From: Candidatus Marinacidobacterium sp.
GTDB taxonomy: Bacteria > Acidobacteriota > Vicinamibacteria > Marinacidobacterales > Marinacidobacteraceae
Reading direction: 5' to 3'
Assembly: GCA_965223075.1 (NCBI GenBank)
Contig: OZ244986.1
Coordinates: forward strand, 1,795,591 to 1,859,590
Length of the DNA stretch: 64,000 nt
Both the position numbers and the translations under genes were made by a program. A model generated the notes under the pieces. It was not told the DNA's origin. It saw only the letters and a list, made by a program, of their open reading frames with translations, and made no database searches. Of this stretch, positions 8,142 through 19,377 are shown piece by piece; positions within the stretch are counted from its first letter, which is position 1; each line of letters starts with the position of its first letter.

Positions 8142-9134
8142 CTACGGAGCTTCGTTGCCGATGTCGTACCGCGTAATGGCCTCGACGAGGGCCGGATCCA
8201 CGATGTGCGCCGCGCCGCGCCACACCTCGCGCGCCAAATCCAGGAGAGCCCCGGTTTCCGGATGGGTGAACCGCACCCCCGCCGCCTCGAGCTTGGCGAG
8301 CGCTTCCTCGTCCTGCCGCTGGTATTCCTCGCGCTCCGCTTCCACCGCTTTCCTCGCCGCAGCCCGCACGGCGGCCTGATCCCCGGCGGAGAGCGACGAG
8401 AAGAACCGTTCGCTCATCACCAGCGGCTGCACGAGATACATCCAGCCGATCTCCGACCAGTTGGGCGCCACCTCGAAGAAGCGTTTCGAGAAGTAGTTCG
8501 AGCGGGCGGCCTCCGCGCCGTCGATCACCCCCTGCTCCAGAGCGGTGTAGACCTCCCCGTAGGCCATCGGCAGCGGGTTCGCCCCGAAGGCTTCGAAGGC
8601 CCGCAGGTGAAGCGGGTTCTCCATTGTCCGGATCTTGAGTCCCGCAAGATCCTCCGTCCGCTCCACGGCGCGGTCGCGGGTCATGAGGTGCCGGAGACCA
8701 GCTTCGAAGTAGCCAAGAAGCACGAGTCCCCGCTCCCGGAGCGGTTTCTCGAAGCTTTGCCCGATGGGGCCGTCCAGCACCTCGTACATGTGGGGTCGGT
8801 CGCGAAACAGGTATGGCAGGTCGAAGACCAGCATCTCGGGTGCGAAGGTGGCGAGCGGCGCGTTCGAGGGCGTGGCGATCTCGACCGCCCCGATGATCGT
8901 CAGTTCGATGACGTCCCGCTCGTTGCCGAGGGCGTTGTTCGGGTAGATCTCGACCCCGAGGCGGCCGTTCGTCGCCGCGCCGATCTCCCTCGCGAAGATC
9001 TCGAGCCCCTTCACCGCGGGCTCGTTCGCGGCGGTGCTCGTGCTGGCCTTGATCATGATCCGCCGCTCTTCCGGCGCCCGGCAGCCCGCGGCCAGCACGA
9101 GCGTCGCGAGGACGAGAGGTAAGGGCCGGAACAT
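8142..9134 (-). CDS. dctP: TRAP transporter substrate-binding protein DctP
   Basis: Lipoprotein signal (LVLATLVLAAGC) and a DctP-family fold; the ATG overlaps the dctM stop (ATGA). The 761-aa ORF the lister reports here is this frame read through dctM. Confidence 0.8.
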   Translation of the reverse strand: MFRPLPLVLATLVLAAGCRAPEERRIMIKASTSTAANEPAVKGLEIFAREIGAATNGRLGVEIYPNNALGNERDVIELTIIGAVEIATPSNAPLATFAPEMLVFDLPYLFRDRPHMYEVLDGPIGQSFEKPLRERGLVLLGYFEAGLRHLMTRDRAVERTEDLAGLKIRTMENPLHLRAFEAFGANPLPMAYGEVYTALEQGVIDGAEAARSNYFSKRFFEVAPNWSEIGWMYLVQPLVMSERFFSSLSAGDQAAVRAAARKAVEAEREEYQRQDEEALAKLEAAGVRFTHPETGALLDLAREVWRGAAHIVDPALVEAITRYDIGNEAP

Positions 9135-10417
9135 CACAGCATTCCCAGCCAGCGCGGCAGGATCGTCACCGCGTCCGGAAAGACGGTCATGAGCGCCAGA
9201 ACCGCCACCATGGCGAGCACCGGTCGGACGGTCCAGACCGCCACCTCGCTGATGCTCTTCTTCGCGATCGTGCAGGCGACGAAGAGGGTCGCCCCGTAGG
9301 GCGGCGTCACCATGCCGATGCACAGGTTCACCGAGGCCAGCACCCCGAAGTGGATCGGATCGACCCCGAGCTGCAGCGCCAGCGGAAACAGGATGGGCAT
9401 GATGACGATGATGGCCGAGATGCTCTCCATGAACATGCCCACCACGATAAGGATCACGTTGCAGGCGATGAGGAAAGAGAGCTGACTGCCGGCCAGGGCT
9501 TCCACCTGGCCGCCCACCTGGTCCGGCACCCGGCCCACCGCAATGATCCAGGCGAGGAGGAACGCGCTGGTGGCGACGAAGAGGACGACGCACGAGCGGA
9601 GCGCCGCGCTGACGAGCAACGAGCGCAGATCGCGGACGCGGAGTTCGCGATAGACGAAGAACCCCACCGCGAGGCCGTAGGCGACCGCCACCCCGGCGGC
9701 CTCGGTGGCGGTGAAGATCCCGGCCAGGATTCCCCCGAGCACCACCACCGGCATCCCGAGCGCCGGGAGCGCGCCCAGGATCGCCCGGCCGAGCGAGCCC
9801 TGCGCGGGCGGGGGTCCCTTCCCCGCGGCGGCGGCCGCCGCCTCGTAGCGGCGCGACCTCCGGTGGTTGATCGCGATGAGCGCGCCCGCCATGAGGAAGC
9901 CGGGCACGATGCCGCCCACGAACAGCGCCGCGATGGAGGTCTCCGTCACGTAGCCCATGACGATCATGATGATGCTCGGCGGGATGATCGGCCCGAGGGC
10001 GCCGCCCGCCGCCTGGAGCGCGGTGGCGAAGCCGCTCGGATACCCGCGTTCCTTCATGGCGGGGATCATCATGGAGCCGACGGCCGCGGTGCTGGCGCTG
10101 GAGCTGCCCGAAATGCTCGCGAAGAACATGGATGAGACCACCGACACGATGGGCAGTCCGCCCCGCAACCGTCCCACGACCTCGATGGTGCGCCGGGAAA
10201 TCCCGCAGGCGTTCATGAGTTCGCCGGCGAAGATGAAGAGCGGCACCGCCATCAGCGCCCAGGAGTTGAGCGCGGCGAACGCCCGCTGGGGGATCAGTTC
10301 GAAGGGGATCTGGCCGTCGGCGAAGAGCGCGGCCATGCCGCTCAGGCCGATCGCGAAGGCGACCGGAACTCCGAGCAGGAGCAGGACCGCGAGCGTGACC
10401 AGCAGGGCGGCGATCAC
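9134..10417 (-). CDS. dctM: TRAP transporter large permease DctM
   Basis: 427-aa polytopic membrane protein with typical DctM motifs (MAVPLFIFAGELMN, PPSIIMIVMG). Confidence 0.85.
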   Translation of the reverse strand: MIAALLVTLAVLLLLGVPVAFAIGLSGMAALFADGQIPFELIPQRAFAALNSWALMAVPLFIFAGELMNACGISRRTIEVVGRLRGGLPIVSVVSSMFFASISGSSSASTAAVGSMMIPAMKERGYPSGFATALQAAGGALGPIIPPSIIMIVMGYVTETSIAALFVGGIVPGFLMAGALIAINHRRSRRYEAAAAAAGKGPPPAQGSLGRAILGALPALGMPVVVLGGILAGIFTATEAAGVAVAYGLAVGFFVYRELRVRDLRSLLVSAALRSCVVLFVATSAFLLAWIIAVGRVPDQVGGQVEALAGSQLSFLIACNVILIVVGMFMESISAIIVIMPILFPLALQLGVDPIHFGVLASVNLCIGMVTPPYGATLFVACTIAKKSISEVAVWTVRPVLAMVAVLALMTVFPDAVTILPRWLGML

Positions 10418-10926
10418 GGCTCGCCAACTTCCCGGGCGGATTCCCGGTCGGATTCGTGACCTGTCGTTCCCTGAATTTCGGAAACGATGAGGACCGCCGC
10501 CGCCATCGCCATCAGCACACCGCTGACCGGAACCGCCAGATAGGGCCAGACCATCGAGATCCCGAGGGCCGGGGAGGTCTGGAGGGCCGCGACAGCCAGC
10601 AGGCGCGTCCCGTAGACGGCGAACGCCAGGCAGAAGACCGCCGAAACCAGGAGCACGCCGGTTCGGAGGGCCACGCGGAGGCCGGGCGGGAGCCGGGGCG
10701 ACACGTAGTCCACGGCGAGGTGCATCCCGCGCCGGAGACAGACCGGCGACGCCAGCAGGACCAGCCAGACCTGCAGGAAGCGGGCGAGTTCCTCGGTCCA
10801 GCTCGGCGGGCTTCCGAACAGGTAGCGGGCGCCGACCTGGTAGATCACGAGCGCCGCCATCAGCCCGAGGGCCAGTGCGGCCCCGGTCTCGAGCGTTCGC
10901 CAGAGGCGTTTCAGCAGGCCCTGCAT
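10414..10926 (-). CDS. dctQ: TRAP transporter small permease DctQ
   Basis: 170 aa from ATG 10926 (MQGLLKRLWRTLETG...), with 4 TM helices and a 4-nt overlap with dctM. The lister's longer ORF adds a non-coding-looking extension. Confidence 0.7.
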   Translation of the reverse strand: MQGLLKRLWRTLETGAALALGLMAALVIYQVGARYLFGSPPSWTEELARFLQVWLVLLASPVCLRRGMHLAVDYVSPRLPPGLRVALRTGVLLVSAVFCLAFAVYGTRLLAVAALQTSPALGISMVWPYLAVPVSGVLMAMAAAVLIVSEIQGTTGHESDRESAREVGEP

Positions 10927-11053
10927 GTGAGGTTGGGCGCGACTCACTCTACCTGACGACACCTCGAGGTCCGTCGTCGAAGAATCGACGGGACGACTCG
11001 CGGAAGGCGTGGGGTAGTGTCTGGCGGGTTCTCGCTCACGGAGGCCGGATTCA

Positions 11054-12031
11054 ATGGCCAAACAGGCTGTCTCCCTCGTTCTGGTCGCCCTGTGCGGGGC
11101 CGCCGCGTGCTCCGGCGGTGACGGCGAGGCGGTGACTCCCACGGCCCCCACCGCCACTCCGTCGCCAGCGCCGCCGGCTGAGCCGCCGCCGGAGCCCGAG
11201 GGGCCACCGCCACCACCGCCGCTCGACCTGACACCGCCGCCGGCGGACCCGACTCCGGTTCCCCCGGCGGATGTGGACTGTGAGGACTGGGCCGAGCTGC
11301 GGCCGACCGGCTACATCGTCCAGAACAACGTCTGGAACAAGGGTCAGATTCTGGGTTTCGAGCAGTGCGTGATGCGGCGCGTGGTCGAAGGCGAGGATCA
11401 GTACGGCTGGCGTTGGCGGTGGCCCTCGCAGCACGGCGCAGCCCTGCGGCCGTACCCGGCGTACCACGTCTCCAACCACGAAGTCCGGGCCTACCCGGAG
11501 ATCAAGTTCGGTTACAAGCCGTGGCAAGGGTTCTCGACGTCGCCGGATCTGCCCCAGCGAATCTCCGATGTCCGTGATATCCAGGTGGACTACGAGGCGT
11601 ATCTGCGGGTTGAGGGGGACTACAACGTGGCGCTTTCCATGTGGATTACGCGCGACAGCCCACCCACGCCGGAGAGCATCACCCACGAGATCATGATCTG
11701 GGTGGACCGCTCGGATTGGGAACCGAGCGGCTCCGATGACCGCGTGGCGGAGGCCGACATCAACGGCGCCGACTACACCGTTTACGTGCGCCAGAACGAG
11801 AACGCCCCGGAGGCGCACGCCTCGCTGATCGGGCAGAAGTACGTGGCGTTCGCCGCGCACGAGGACCAGTTCAACGGGACGATCAACCTCGCTGCGTTCC
11901 TCGAATACCTGGCCGAGGAGGGTCATGTTCCCGACGACCACTACGTGAACAACGTGGAGCTGGGCACCGAGGTCCTCGACGGCAGCGCGGGGGAACTCTG
12001 GCTCAAGAACTTCGAGGTCACCGTGCGCTGA
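11054..12031 (+). CDS. Glycoside hydrolase family 12 endo-beta-1,4-glucanase, lipoprotein
   Basis: Lipobox (LVALCGAAAC), a Pro/Thr-rich linker, and GH12 catalytic motifs NNVWN and EIMIWV. Confidence 0.75.
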   Translation: MAKQAVSLVLVALCGAAACSGGDGEAVTPTAPTATPSPAPPAEPPPEPEGPPPPPPLDLTPPPADPTPVPPADVDCEDWAELRPTGYIVQNNVWNKGQILGFEQCVMRRVVEGEDQYGWRWRWPSQHGAALRPYPAYHVSNHEVRAYPEIKFGYKPWQGFSTSPDLPQRISDVRDIQVDYEAYLRVEGDYNVALSMWITRDSPPTPESITHEIMIWVDRSDWEPSGSDDRVAEADINGADYTVYVRQNENAPEAHASLIGQKYVAFAAHEDQFNGTINLAAFLEYLAEEGHVPDDHYVNNVELGTEVLDGSAGELWLKNFEVTVR

Positions 12032-12144
12032 GAGTCTCAAGGACCCGCGCCGGCATCCAGGGACCACCGGTCGGGGACGCGCGCCGTCCGCTCGGCGAGC
12101 ACCGGCGCGATTCGAAGGCAGCCCGCGCCCTACAATCGCCGCCC

Positions 12145-13548
<1,404 letters not shown>

Positions 13549-13760
13549 GGGAAGGAGCAGGGAACGCCGGTGTTCACACCGGTACCGCTGCGCGAAAGCG
13601 CAGCGAAACCGTGCCTCGCTGACAGAGAAAAATCGCGGGGACGGGTTGGACCGCCGACCTCCGGTCGGCACTGCTCGCCGGAGGCAGGCGGCGGGACGGA
13701 CCCCGACGCCAAACCCCCGAGTAGGCTCCGCACAGCGGCGCGTCGGACGGAGCAGTGGAG
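13549..13760. repeat. REP-like mosaic palindromic element
   Basis: Contains CCGGTGTTCACACCGG, CGCGAAAGCGCAGCG and GACCGCCGACCTCCGGTCGGC palindromes shared with other intergenic regions. Confidence 0.6.
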
Positions 13761-13784
13761 GTGACGTCCGGTCACCTTGCCTCC

Positions 13785-14048
13785 ATGCGCATCACTCTCA
13801 ATATCGCCGACGACATCCTCCGGGAGCTGAAGCGCCTCGCCCGCGTCCGTAAGCGCTCGCTCAATCGCGTGACAGACGACATCCTGAGAGCCGGATTGAA
13901 GCGAGAGACCCGGGGCCAGTCGCCCGGACGGTATCGACAACGGGTCTTCGATCTCGGGGAACCTTTGGTGAACCTGGACCATTCGCTGCGCATCGCTGCG
14001 GCTATTGAGGACGAAGAGACGGCGCGAAGGCGCGACACTGGGAAATGA
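13785..14048 (+). CDS. Ribbon-helix-helix antitoxin (VapB-like)
   Basis: MRITLNIADDILRELKRLARVRKRSLNRVTDDILRAGL is a typical RHH antitoxin N-terminus. Its stop overlaps the downstream ATG (ATGA). Confidence 0.6.
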   Translation: MRITLNIADDILRELKRLARVRKRSLNRVTDDILRAGLKRETRGQSPGRYRQRVFDLGEPLVNLDHSLRIAAAIEDEETARRRDTGK

Positions 14049-14173
14049 TTTCCGTCGATCTCGCGACGGATGGCCTTCTGATGGCACTGGCCTTTCTCAC
14101 ACGGGCCACCCTGGGGGATCGGGTGCGCACCGCGCCCACCTTACGAGCGAACCGGCACTACGGAATCGACTGA
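14045..14173 (+). pseudogene. Truncated PIN-domain toxin remnant (42 codons)
   Basis: MISVDLATDGLLMALAF resembles a VapC N-terminus (M-I-x-hD), but the ORF stops after 42 aa where the duplicated dapA 3' fragment begins. Confidence 0.35.
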
Positions 14174-14346
14174 ACGCCGAGCACTCCGATGTCGATGAGG
14201 AGCGTCCTCAGCTCGTCACCCTCGGACTCGTCAAGACGGCGGGTGGGGAGCCGGCTCGGGTCGCCTTTCCTGCCGGTCAACTCGAGCGTCGCGTTGATGA
14301 CGGGGCTCTCCGCTCCCGCGCCGCCTTCAAGCCGAGTTTTCCCCAT
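14158..14346 (-). pseudogene. Duplicated 3' fragment of the DapA-family gene at 16838..17785
   Basis: ~190 bp at 14150-14335 are ~88% identical to 16815-17000. The encoded 62 aa (...AESPVINATLELTGRKGDPSRLPTRRLDESEGDELRTLLIDIG) match the C-terminus of the intact gene. Confidence 0.75.
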
Positions 14347-14445
14347 TGCCCGCTGAGGGTGAGAAGGAACGGGCCGGAATTCCGTCTATGGGAACAGAGG
14401 GGGACACCGCTGTTGTCTTCCGACGCATCCCCCGAGGAGTTCCCG

Positions 14446-14970
14446 ATGTCCACCCAGCCCGCCCCGGAGCGGCCGCCACCCGAACCGACGCCGAAGCCGG
14501 CCCGGCCACCGGCTGACCCCCCACCTACCGGCCCGGAGGCTACGGCCCCGAGGCCAGCCGAGGAAGGCGCCATCTTCCGCGCGTTCCTGGACGCGGGTGC
14601 CGAGGCCAGGGTCGCCTATACTGCGGAAAAGCGGATATACACCATGGTTTCGGAAGTCGTCGCCCCGCAGCTTCAGCCGTTCCTGGTGGAGATGCGCCGA
14701 CTGTCTGCCGCCCACGAAAGGCGGTTCGAGGCACAGGATCGCCGATTCGAGGCACAGGATCGCCGGTTCGATGAACTGGACCGGCGGCTGGACAACCTGA
14801 CGGCAGCCGTGACGGCGCAAGGAGAAAAGCTCGCGGAACACGACCGGAAGCTGGAGGTCATCGTCGCCCGCCTCGACGCCATGAAGGTGCTCGGGCAGGT
14901 CATTCTTGGCGCGTTGGCTCTCCTGATCACGGCGCTGATCGCGGTGTTCGGCTTCCTGTTCACGAACTGA
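14446..14970 (+). CDS. Coiled-coil protein with C-terminal TM anchor (DUF1640-like architecture); tandem RRFEAQD repeats
   Basis: Pro-rich N-terminus, a coiled coil with RRFEAQDRRFEAQDRRFDELDRRLDNL, and a C-terminal hydrophobic helix VILGALALLITALIAVFGFLF. Confidence 0.5.
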   Translation: MSTQPAPERPPPEPTPKPARPPADPPPTGPEATAPRPAEEGAIFRAFLDAGAEARVAYTAEKRIYTMVSEVVAPQLQPFLVEMRRLSAAHERRFEAQDRRFEAQDRRFDELDRRLDNLTAAVTAQGEKLAEHDRKLEVIVARLDAMKVLGQVILGALALLITALIAVFGFLFTN

Positions 14971-15086
14971 GCGCGGGCGGCAACAGCTCCGGTAGCTCCG
15001 GTCCGCCGCGGAAGCCCACCGGTCGAGGCCGATACGGATCATCGGCTGCGGGCACGGGCCACACTCGGCCCGTGGGGGGCCTTCCC

Positions 15087-16425
15087 CATAAGCGCTAACA
15101 TAGAAGTTCGGACGCGAAGAAAGCCCGAACTTGGGGGCTCCGGGTGCGCGGTGGCTCGGCCAAGGATCTGGCAATGCCCTTCCAATCGTGGACAACGCGG
15201 GCGAGTGGCATCCGAGGCTTGATGGCTCCCACCACGTCGTCCAGGACATAGGCGAACTCACGCCACGCGCTGGGTGTCCGTTTCCGCCGCCAGTTCGTAT
15301 CCCCAGGGGGAAACGGACTCGGCGTGGCGGATGAGCTTCTCCACCAGCAGCGCCACCAGAAGCTTGCCGTACAACCAGGCCCGGGCGCTGTCGTCATCGT
15401 ATTTGGGCAGATGCCCCAACTCCGCCAGAGACTTCAGCCGCTTGAAGACCAACTCGACCTGCCAGCGGGTCCGATACCACTCCAACACCTGCCGGGCAGA
15501 GAAGTCCGCCTCGGGAAAGTTCGTGAACACGATCACGAACTTGGCGAACTCAACCGTCTTGGGCTGGATCTCGGTGCCCTTCCGGCTGGCGTCGCTCCGG
15601 ATCTTCTTCTGCGCCTGCCGGATGGCTTCCCGGCTCTTGCGCACCGCGCAGATCCGACCCGCCACCGTCCCGCCGTCCGCCGCTACCACCCGCGCCGGCC
15701 AGAACCCGATCTGGTCGGCGCGCCGCAGCGAACGCACGGTCTCCAATAGGTCCAACGGCTCCCCCACCGCGCTTTGCAACGCCAGCGCCCGGGTGTTGAC
15801 CCGGACCGTCGCATAGCCCCCAGAATGCGCCACGTGAACGAGCCCCGGCGCCCGCGCGTAGCCCCGGTCCGCCACTACGTGGTCCCCAGACTGGATCGGA
15901 AAGTGCGTCAGCGACTCTCCGCTTCCCTTCCCCTCCGTCGCCGTAACTCGGAAAAAATCGCACGAAAGCGACGGCAAGCGCACGCTGTAGTGGATCCGCC
16001 ACAACGAACCCGTCTTCCCCGGTTCCCTCACCGTCGTCGCGTCCATCGCCCGAATCTGGAACCCGCCCTCCGCGGCACGCGACAACCCCTGCTCTCGGAA
16101 CAGCTCCACGCACAGCGCCTGCAGCCATCCCCCCGCGTTGCGCAGCCGCTTCATCAGCGCCACGTCCGACAGCTCCGCCAAACCCACCTGCCGCGCTCGG
16201 ACCGCCGTCTCGCGCAGCGAATACCCACACCCCAAATGCATCAACAGCACCCGCAGCAGGTTCTCCACCGACTTGATCCCCCGAAGTCTCTTCAGCGCCC
16301 CGGTGTCCGCCGCCAACTCCCGCCAGTTCCCCGGCAAGAACGACTTCACGAGGTCCCAGTCCTCTTGCATCCCGTCGCTCCCCTCCACACTTCCCAGCGC
16401 GAATGGAGCCTATGTTAGCGCTTAT
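15087..16425. mobile_element. IS4-family insertion sequence, 1339 bp, 16-bp perfect terminal IRs and a 13-bp target-site duplication
   Basis: Left end ATAAGCGCTAACATAG (15087-15102) and right end CTATGTTAGCGCTTAT (16410-16425). Flanking direct repeats GGGGGCCTTCCCC lie at 15074-15086 and 16426-16438. Confidence 0.85.
15258..16388 (-). CDS. IS4-family DDE transposase
   Basis: 376 aa. The YRTRWQVELVFKRLKS motif is characteristic of IS4 transposases, and a DDE/RNaseH fold is present. Confidence 0.8.
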   Translation of the reverse strand: MEGSDGMQEDWDLVKSFLPGNWRELAADTGALKRLRGIKSVENLLRVLLMHLGCGYSLRETAVRARQVGLAELSDVALMKRLRNAGGWLQALCVELFREQGLSRAAEGGFQIRAMDATTVREPGKTGSLWRIHYSVRLPSLSCDFFRVTATEGKGSGESLTHFPIQSGDHVVADRGYARAPGLVHVAHSGGYATVRVNTRALALQSAVGEPLDLLETVRSLRRADQIGFWPARVVAADGGTVAGRICAVRKSREAIRQAQKKIRSDASRKGTEIQPKTVEFAKFVIVFTNFPEADFSARQVLEWYRTRWQVELVFKRLKSLAELGHLPKYDDDSARAWLYGKLLVALLVEKLIRHAESVSPWGYELAAETDTQRVA

Positions 16426-16439
16426 GGGGGCCTTCCCCT

Positions 16440-16837
16440 TGTCCCATGAAAGAAGGCAGCGACAAACCACTCGCAGCGCTGCGCGCCGCTGTGCCGACCT
16501 CCACCCGAAGAAACTCCCATGATCGGGCCTGCCGCACGCCCTGCCGGACAAAATGGCGCGGCACTCACGCTGGCCTGGCGCCACATCATCGGCCCTGGTT
16601 TCGCGCTCCCGCGCGATGCCGGCCGGAGGCCGGCGTTCCAAGCCGTCCCGGCCATTGCGCCGTCGGCTTTACGCGCTCTCAAGCCCATCGGCACTGTCGG
16701 CGTCCGGTCGCGGCTGCACTTTCACAGCAACTGCCCAGAGGTCGGCGGCCAGTTCTCCCGGTGGGGGCCCCTTGCCTCACCGCCACCTCTCGCTGATCCC
16801 TACCCCGCGTTTCGAGCGCTTCGCGAGCGAAACGGCA
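16440..16837. repeat. REP-like mosaic palindromic region
   Basis: Contains GGTTTCGCGCTCCCGCGCGATGCCGGCCGGAGGCCGGCG and GCCAGTTCTCCCGGTGGGGG modules found elsewhere in the window. Confidence 0.55.
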
Positions 16838-17785
16838 CTAAGGATCCGGCTGAACGCCGGGCATACCGATGTCGATGAGGAGCGTTCTCAGCTCGTCGCG
16901 CTCGGACTCGTCGAGGCGCCGGGTGGGGAGCCGGCTCGGGCCGCCCTTCCTGCCCGTCAACTCGAGCGCCGCGTTGATGACGGGGCTCTCCGCTCCGGTG
17001 CGGCGCCACATCCGCACCCGGAAGTCGTACCACGGCCAGTTGACGGCACTCAGTCGCTTCTGCGCCGCGACGTAGTCGCCCGCTTCCAGCAGACGAAAGA
17101 CCTCGAGGTCGTGCTCGGGCCAAACGGTGCACAGGTGGGTGATGTATCCCCGCCCTCCGAGCATGTGGGTCATGGCCTGGAGACCGTAGTTGTCGATGAC
17201 GGCGAGACGCTCCCGGAAGCGCTCGACCCCGCGCTGGTAGTCCAGGACGCCGCGCGCGGTGGACCACTTGAGGGCGGCACAGCGAGGCAACTCGGCGAGG
17301 CGTTCGACCTCGTCGAGTGACATGTCATAGCCCTCCCAGTAGGTGTTGTAGATCATGATTCCCAGCGTGCTCGTGGCTTCGTGCACCGCTTCGAACACCC
17401 GGTAGCAGTCGTCGGGAGACGAGGCGTAGTAATAGCCGGGCGCGAGCTGGATGCCCCAGGCGCCGATGTCCTCGGCGAAGCGCGCGAGCTCGATGGACCG
17501 AGCGGGGTTCGTGTCCTGTGCTCCGACCAGCACCGGCGTCCGGCCATCGGCCGCCCGCACGATGGTTTCGCTGACTGCCTTCCTCTCGTCGAGCGTCAGC
17601 ATCGGGAAGTCGCCCCCGGCGCCGGCGGCCAGGAGGACACCGCTTCCGGTCCGAACGCCTCGTTCCACAACGTAGCGAACGTTCTCCCGGACGGCGTCGT
17701 GATCGACGCTGAGGTCATCGTGGTAGTGGGTGATGACCGGAATCAACGGTCCACAAATGGTTCGCTTGGCGTCCGCCGGAGTCAT
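16838..17785 (-). CDS. Dihydrodipicolinate synthase-family lyase (DapA/NAL family)
   Basis: 315-aa TIM barrel with DHDPS-family hallmarks (GTTGE-like GSGVLLAAGAGGDF, Schiff-base lysine context). It sits adjacent to a Na+/solute symporter. Confidence 0.7.
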   Translation of the reverse strand: MTPADAKRTICGPLIPVITHYHDDLSVDHDAVRENVRYVVERGVRTGSGVLLAAGAGGDFPMLTLDERKAVSETIVRAADGRTPVLVGAQDTNPARSIELARFAEDIGAWGIQLAPGYYYASSPDDCYRVFEAVHEATSTLGIMIYNTYWEGYDMSLDEVERLAELPRCAALKWSTARGVLDYQRGVERFRERLAVIDNYGLQAMTHMLGGRGYITHLCTVWPEHDLEVFRLLEAGDYVAAQKRLSAVNWPWYDFRVRMWRRTGAESPVINAALELTGRKGGPSRLPTRRLDESERDELRTLLIDIGMPGVQPDP

Positions 17786-17814
17786 GGCTCGAGTCTCCCT
17801 TCCGCTCTGCGAGT

Positions 17815-19359
17815 GTGTTATACGCCACCGCGCAGATGAATCAAGGCCTGGCCGTCTCCGACTGGCTCGTTCTCGCGGGCTACGCGGGCCTCACTCTCTG
17901 GCTCGGTTGGTTCTACGGACGACGTCAATCGTCGACGAGCGAGTACTTCCTCGGGGGCGGCCGGCTTCACCCCGTCGCCGTGGGCGTCTCGCTGTTCGCA
18001 ACGCTCGTCAGCACGGTGTCCTACCTGTCCGTGCCCGGCGAAACCCTCGGGCGGGGGCCCGTCCTTCTCGTTCAGCTCCTGGCGCTCCCCGTCGTCTATT
18101 TCGTCGTCGGCTACGGGCTGCTTCCGGTCTATATGAAGCACCGGGTGACGAGCGCCTACGAACTCCTCGAAGTGCGCCTCGGCGCCGGGGCGCGGCTCCT
18201 GGGGGCTTCGATGTTCATCGTTCTTCGTCTCGCGTGGATGTCGCTTCTCGTGTATGCGGCAGCGGTGGCGATGACGGTGATGATCGGCGCCGGCCCATCC
18301 GCGGTACCCCTCATCGTCCTGTGCACGGCGGTCGTGGCGGTCGTCTACACATCCCTCGGAGGCCTGCGCGCCGTCGTCGTCACCGACTGCATCCAGTCCA
18401 CGCTGCTACTCGCGGCGGCGCTTCTGGTTCTCGGCATCGTGACCCTGGAGCTCGGTGGCTTCGAATGGTTTCCGACGACGTGGCATGCCAATTGGGACTC
18501 TCAACCTCTGTTCAGCACGAACCCGGCGACGCGCGTGACCGTGTTCGGGACGCTGATGTCGACGCTCGTTTGGCACGCGGCCACCGCGGGCGGCGACCAG
18601 GTTTCGGTGCAGCGATTCATGGCGACGACCGATTTGCGCGCGGCCCGGCGGGCCTACGGGACCCAGTTGGCGGCCATCACCGTGGTTACGCTCGTGCTGG
18701 CGCTCGTCGGCTTGGCTCTTCTCGGTTACTTCGAGGCCCATCCCGAGCGACTCGGCGAGGCGATGTCGCTTCGCGCCGACGCGGACCACGTGTTCCCGTT
18801 CTTCATCGCCCACCGACTTCCACCCGGCATCTCCGGACTCGTCGTCGCCGCCATGTTCGCCGCCGCCATGTCCAGCGTCGACTCCGGCGTGAACTCGATC
18901 TCAGCGGTGGTGCTCACTGACTTCGTGGGACGTTTCGGTGCGCGTCCGCGCGACGACGCGAGCAAGCTCGGGCTGGCCCGCCTGCTCGCCGCGGCGACCG
19001 GCGGAGTCATCGTGCTCGGAAGCTTCCTCATGCACCTTGTCCCCGGCAACATCACCGAGATGACGTCGAAGACGTCGAACCTCCTGACCGCGCCGATCTT
19101 CGGTCTCTTCCTCTTCGCGCTGTTCATTCCCCGAGTGCGTCCCGTCGGAGCAACCGTGGGCACCGCGGCAGGGTTCGCCGCGGCCGTGCTCGTCGCGTTC
19201 TCCGGACCCATCTTCGGAGCCCATGCCGAGACCGGTGGCGACCCGGTGAGCTTCCAGTGGATTGCTCCGGTGGCGCTCCTGGTTCAGGTCGTCGTGGGCT
19301 GGACGGTGAGCTACGTGTTGGAGAACCGCACGTCGCGAGGGAGTACGCTCGGAGCTTAG
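17815..19359 (+). CDS. Sodium:solute symporter family (SSF) transporter
   Basis: 514 aa with ~13 TM helices and SSF motifs (SEYFLGGR, GGLRAVVVTDCIQ). Confidence 0.75.
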   Translation: MLYATAQMNQGLAVSDWLVLAGYAGLTLWLGWFYGRRQSSTSEYFLGGGRLHPVAVGVSLFATLVSTVSYLSVPGETLGRGPVLLVQLLALPVVYFVVGYGLLPVYMKHRVTSAYELLEVRLGAGARLLGASMFIVLRLAWMSLLVYAAAVAMTVMIGAGPSAVPLIVLCTAVVAVVYTSLGGLRAVVVTDCIQSTLLLAAALLVLGIVTLELGGFEWFPTTWHANWDSQPLFSTNPATRVTVFGTLMSTLVWHAATAGGDQVSVQRFMATTDLRAARRAYGTQLAAITVVTLVLALVGLALLGYFEAHPERLGEAMSLRADADHVFPFFIAHRLPPGISGLVVAAMFAAAMSSVDSGVNSISAVVLTDFVGRFGARPRDDASKLGLARLLAAATGGVIVLGSFLMHLVPGNITEMTSKTSNLLTAPIFGLFLFALFIPRVRPVGATVGTAAGFAAAVLVAFSGPIFGAHAETGGDPVSFQWIAPVALLVQVVVGWTVSYVLENRTSRGSTLGA

Positions 19360-19377
19360 GAGTCCACAAGAGAACTC

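Noticed and set aside
8142-10427. 761-aa ORF suggesting a DctP fusion protein
   Set aside because: It is the dctP frame read upstream through dctM in a different frame. The DctP domain starts at ATG 9134, which overlaps the dctM stop.
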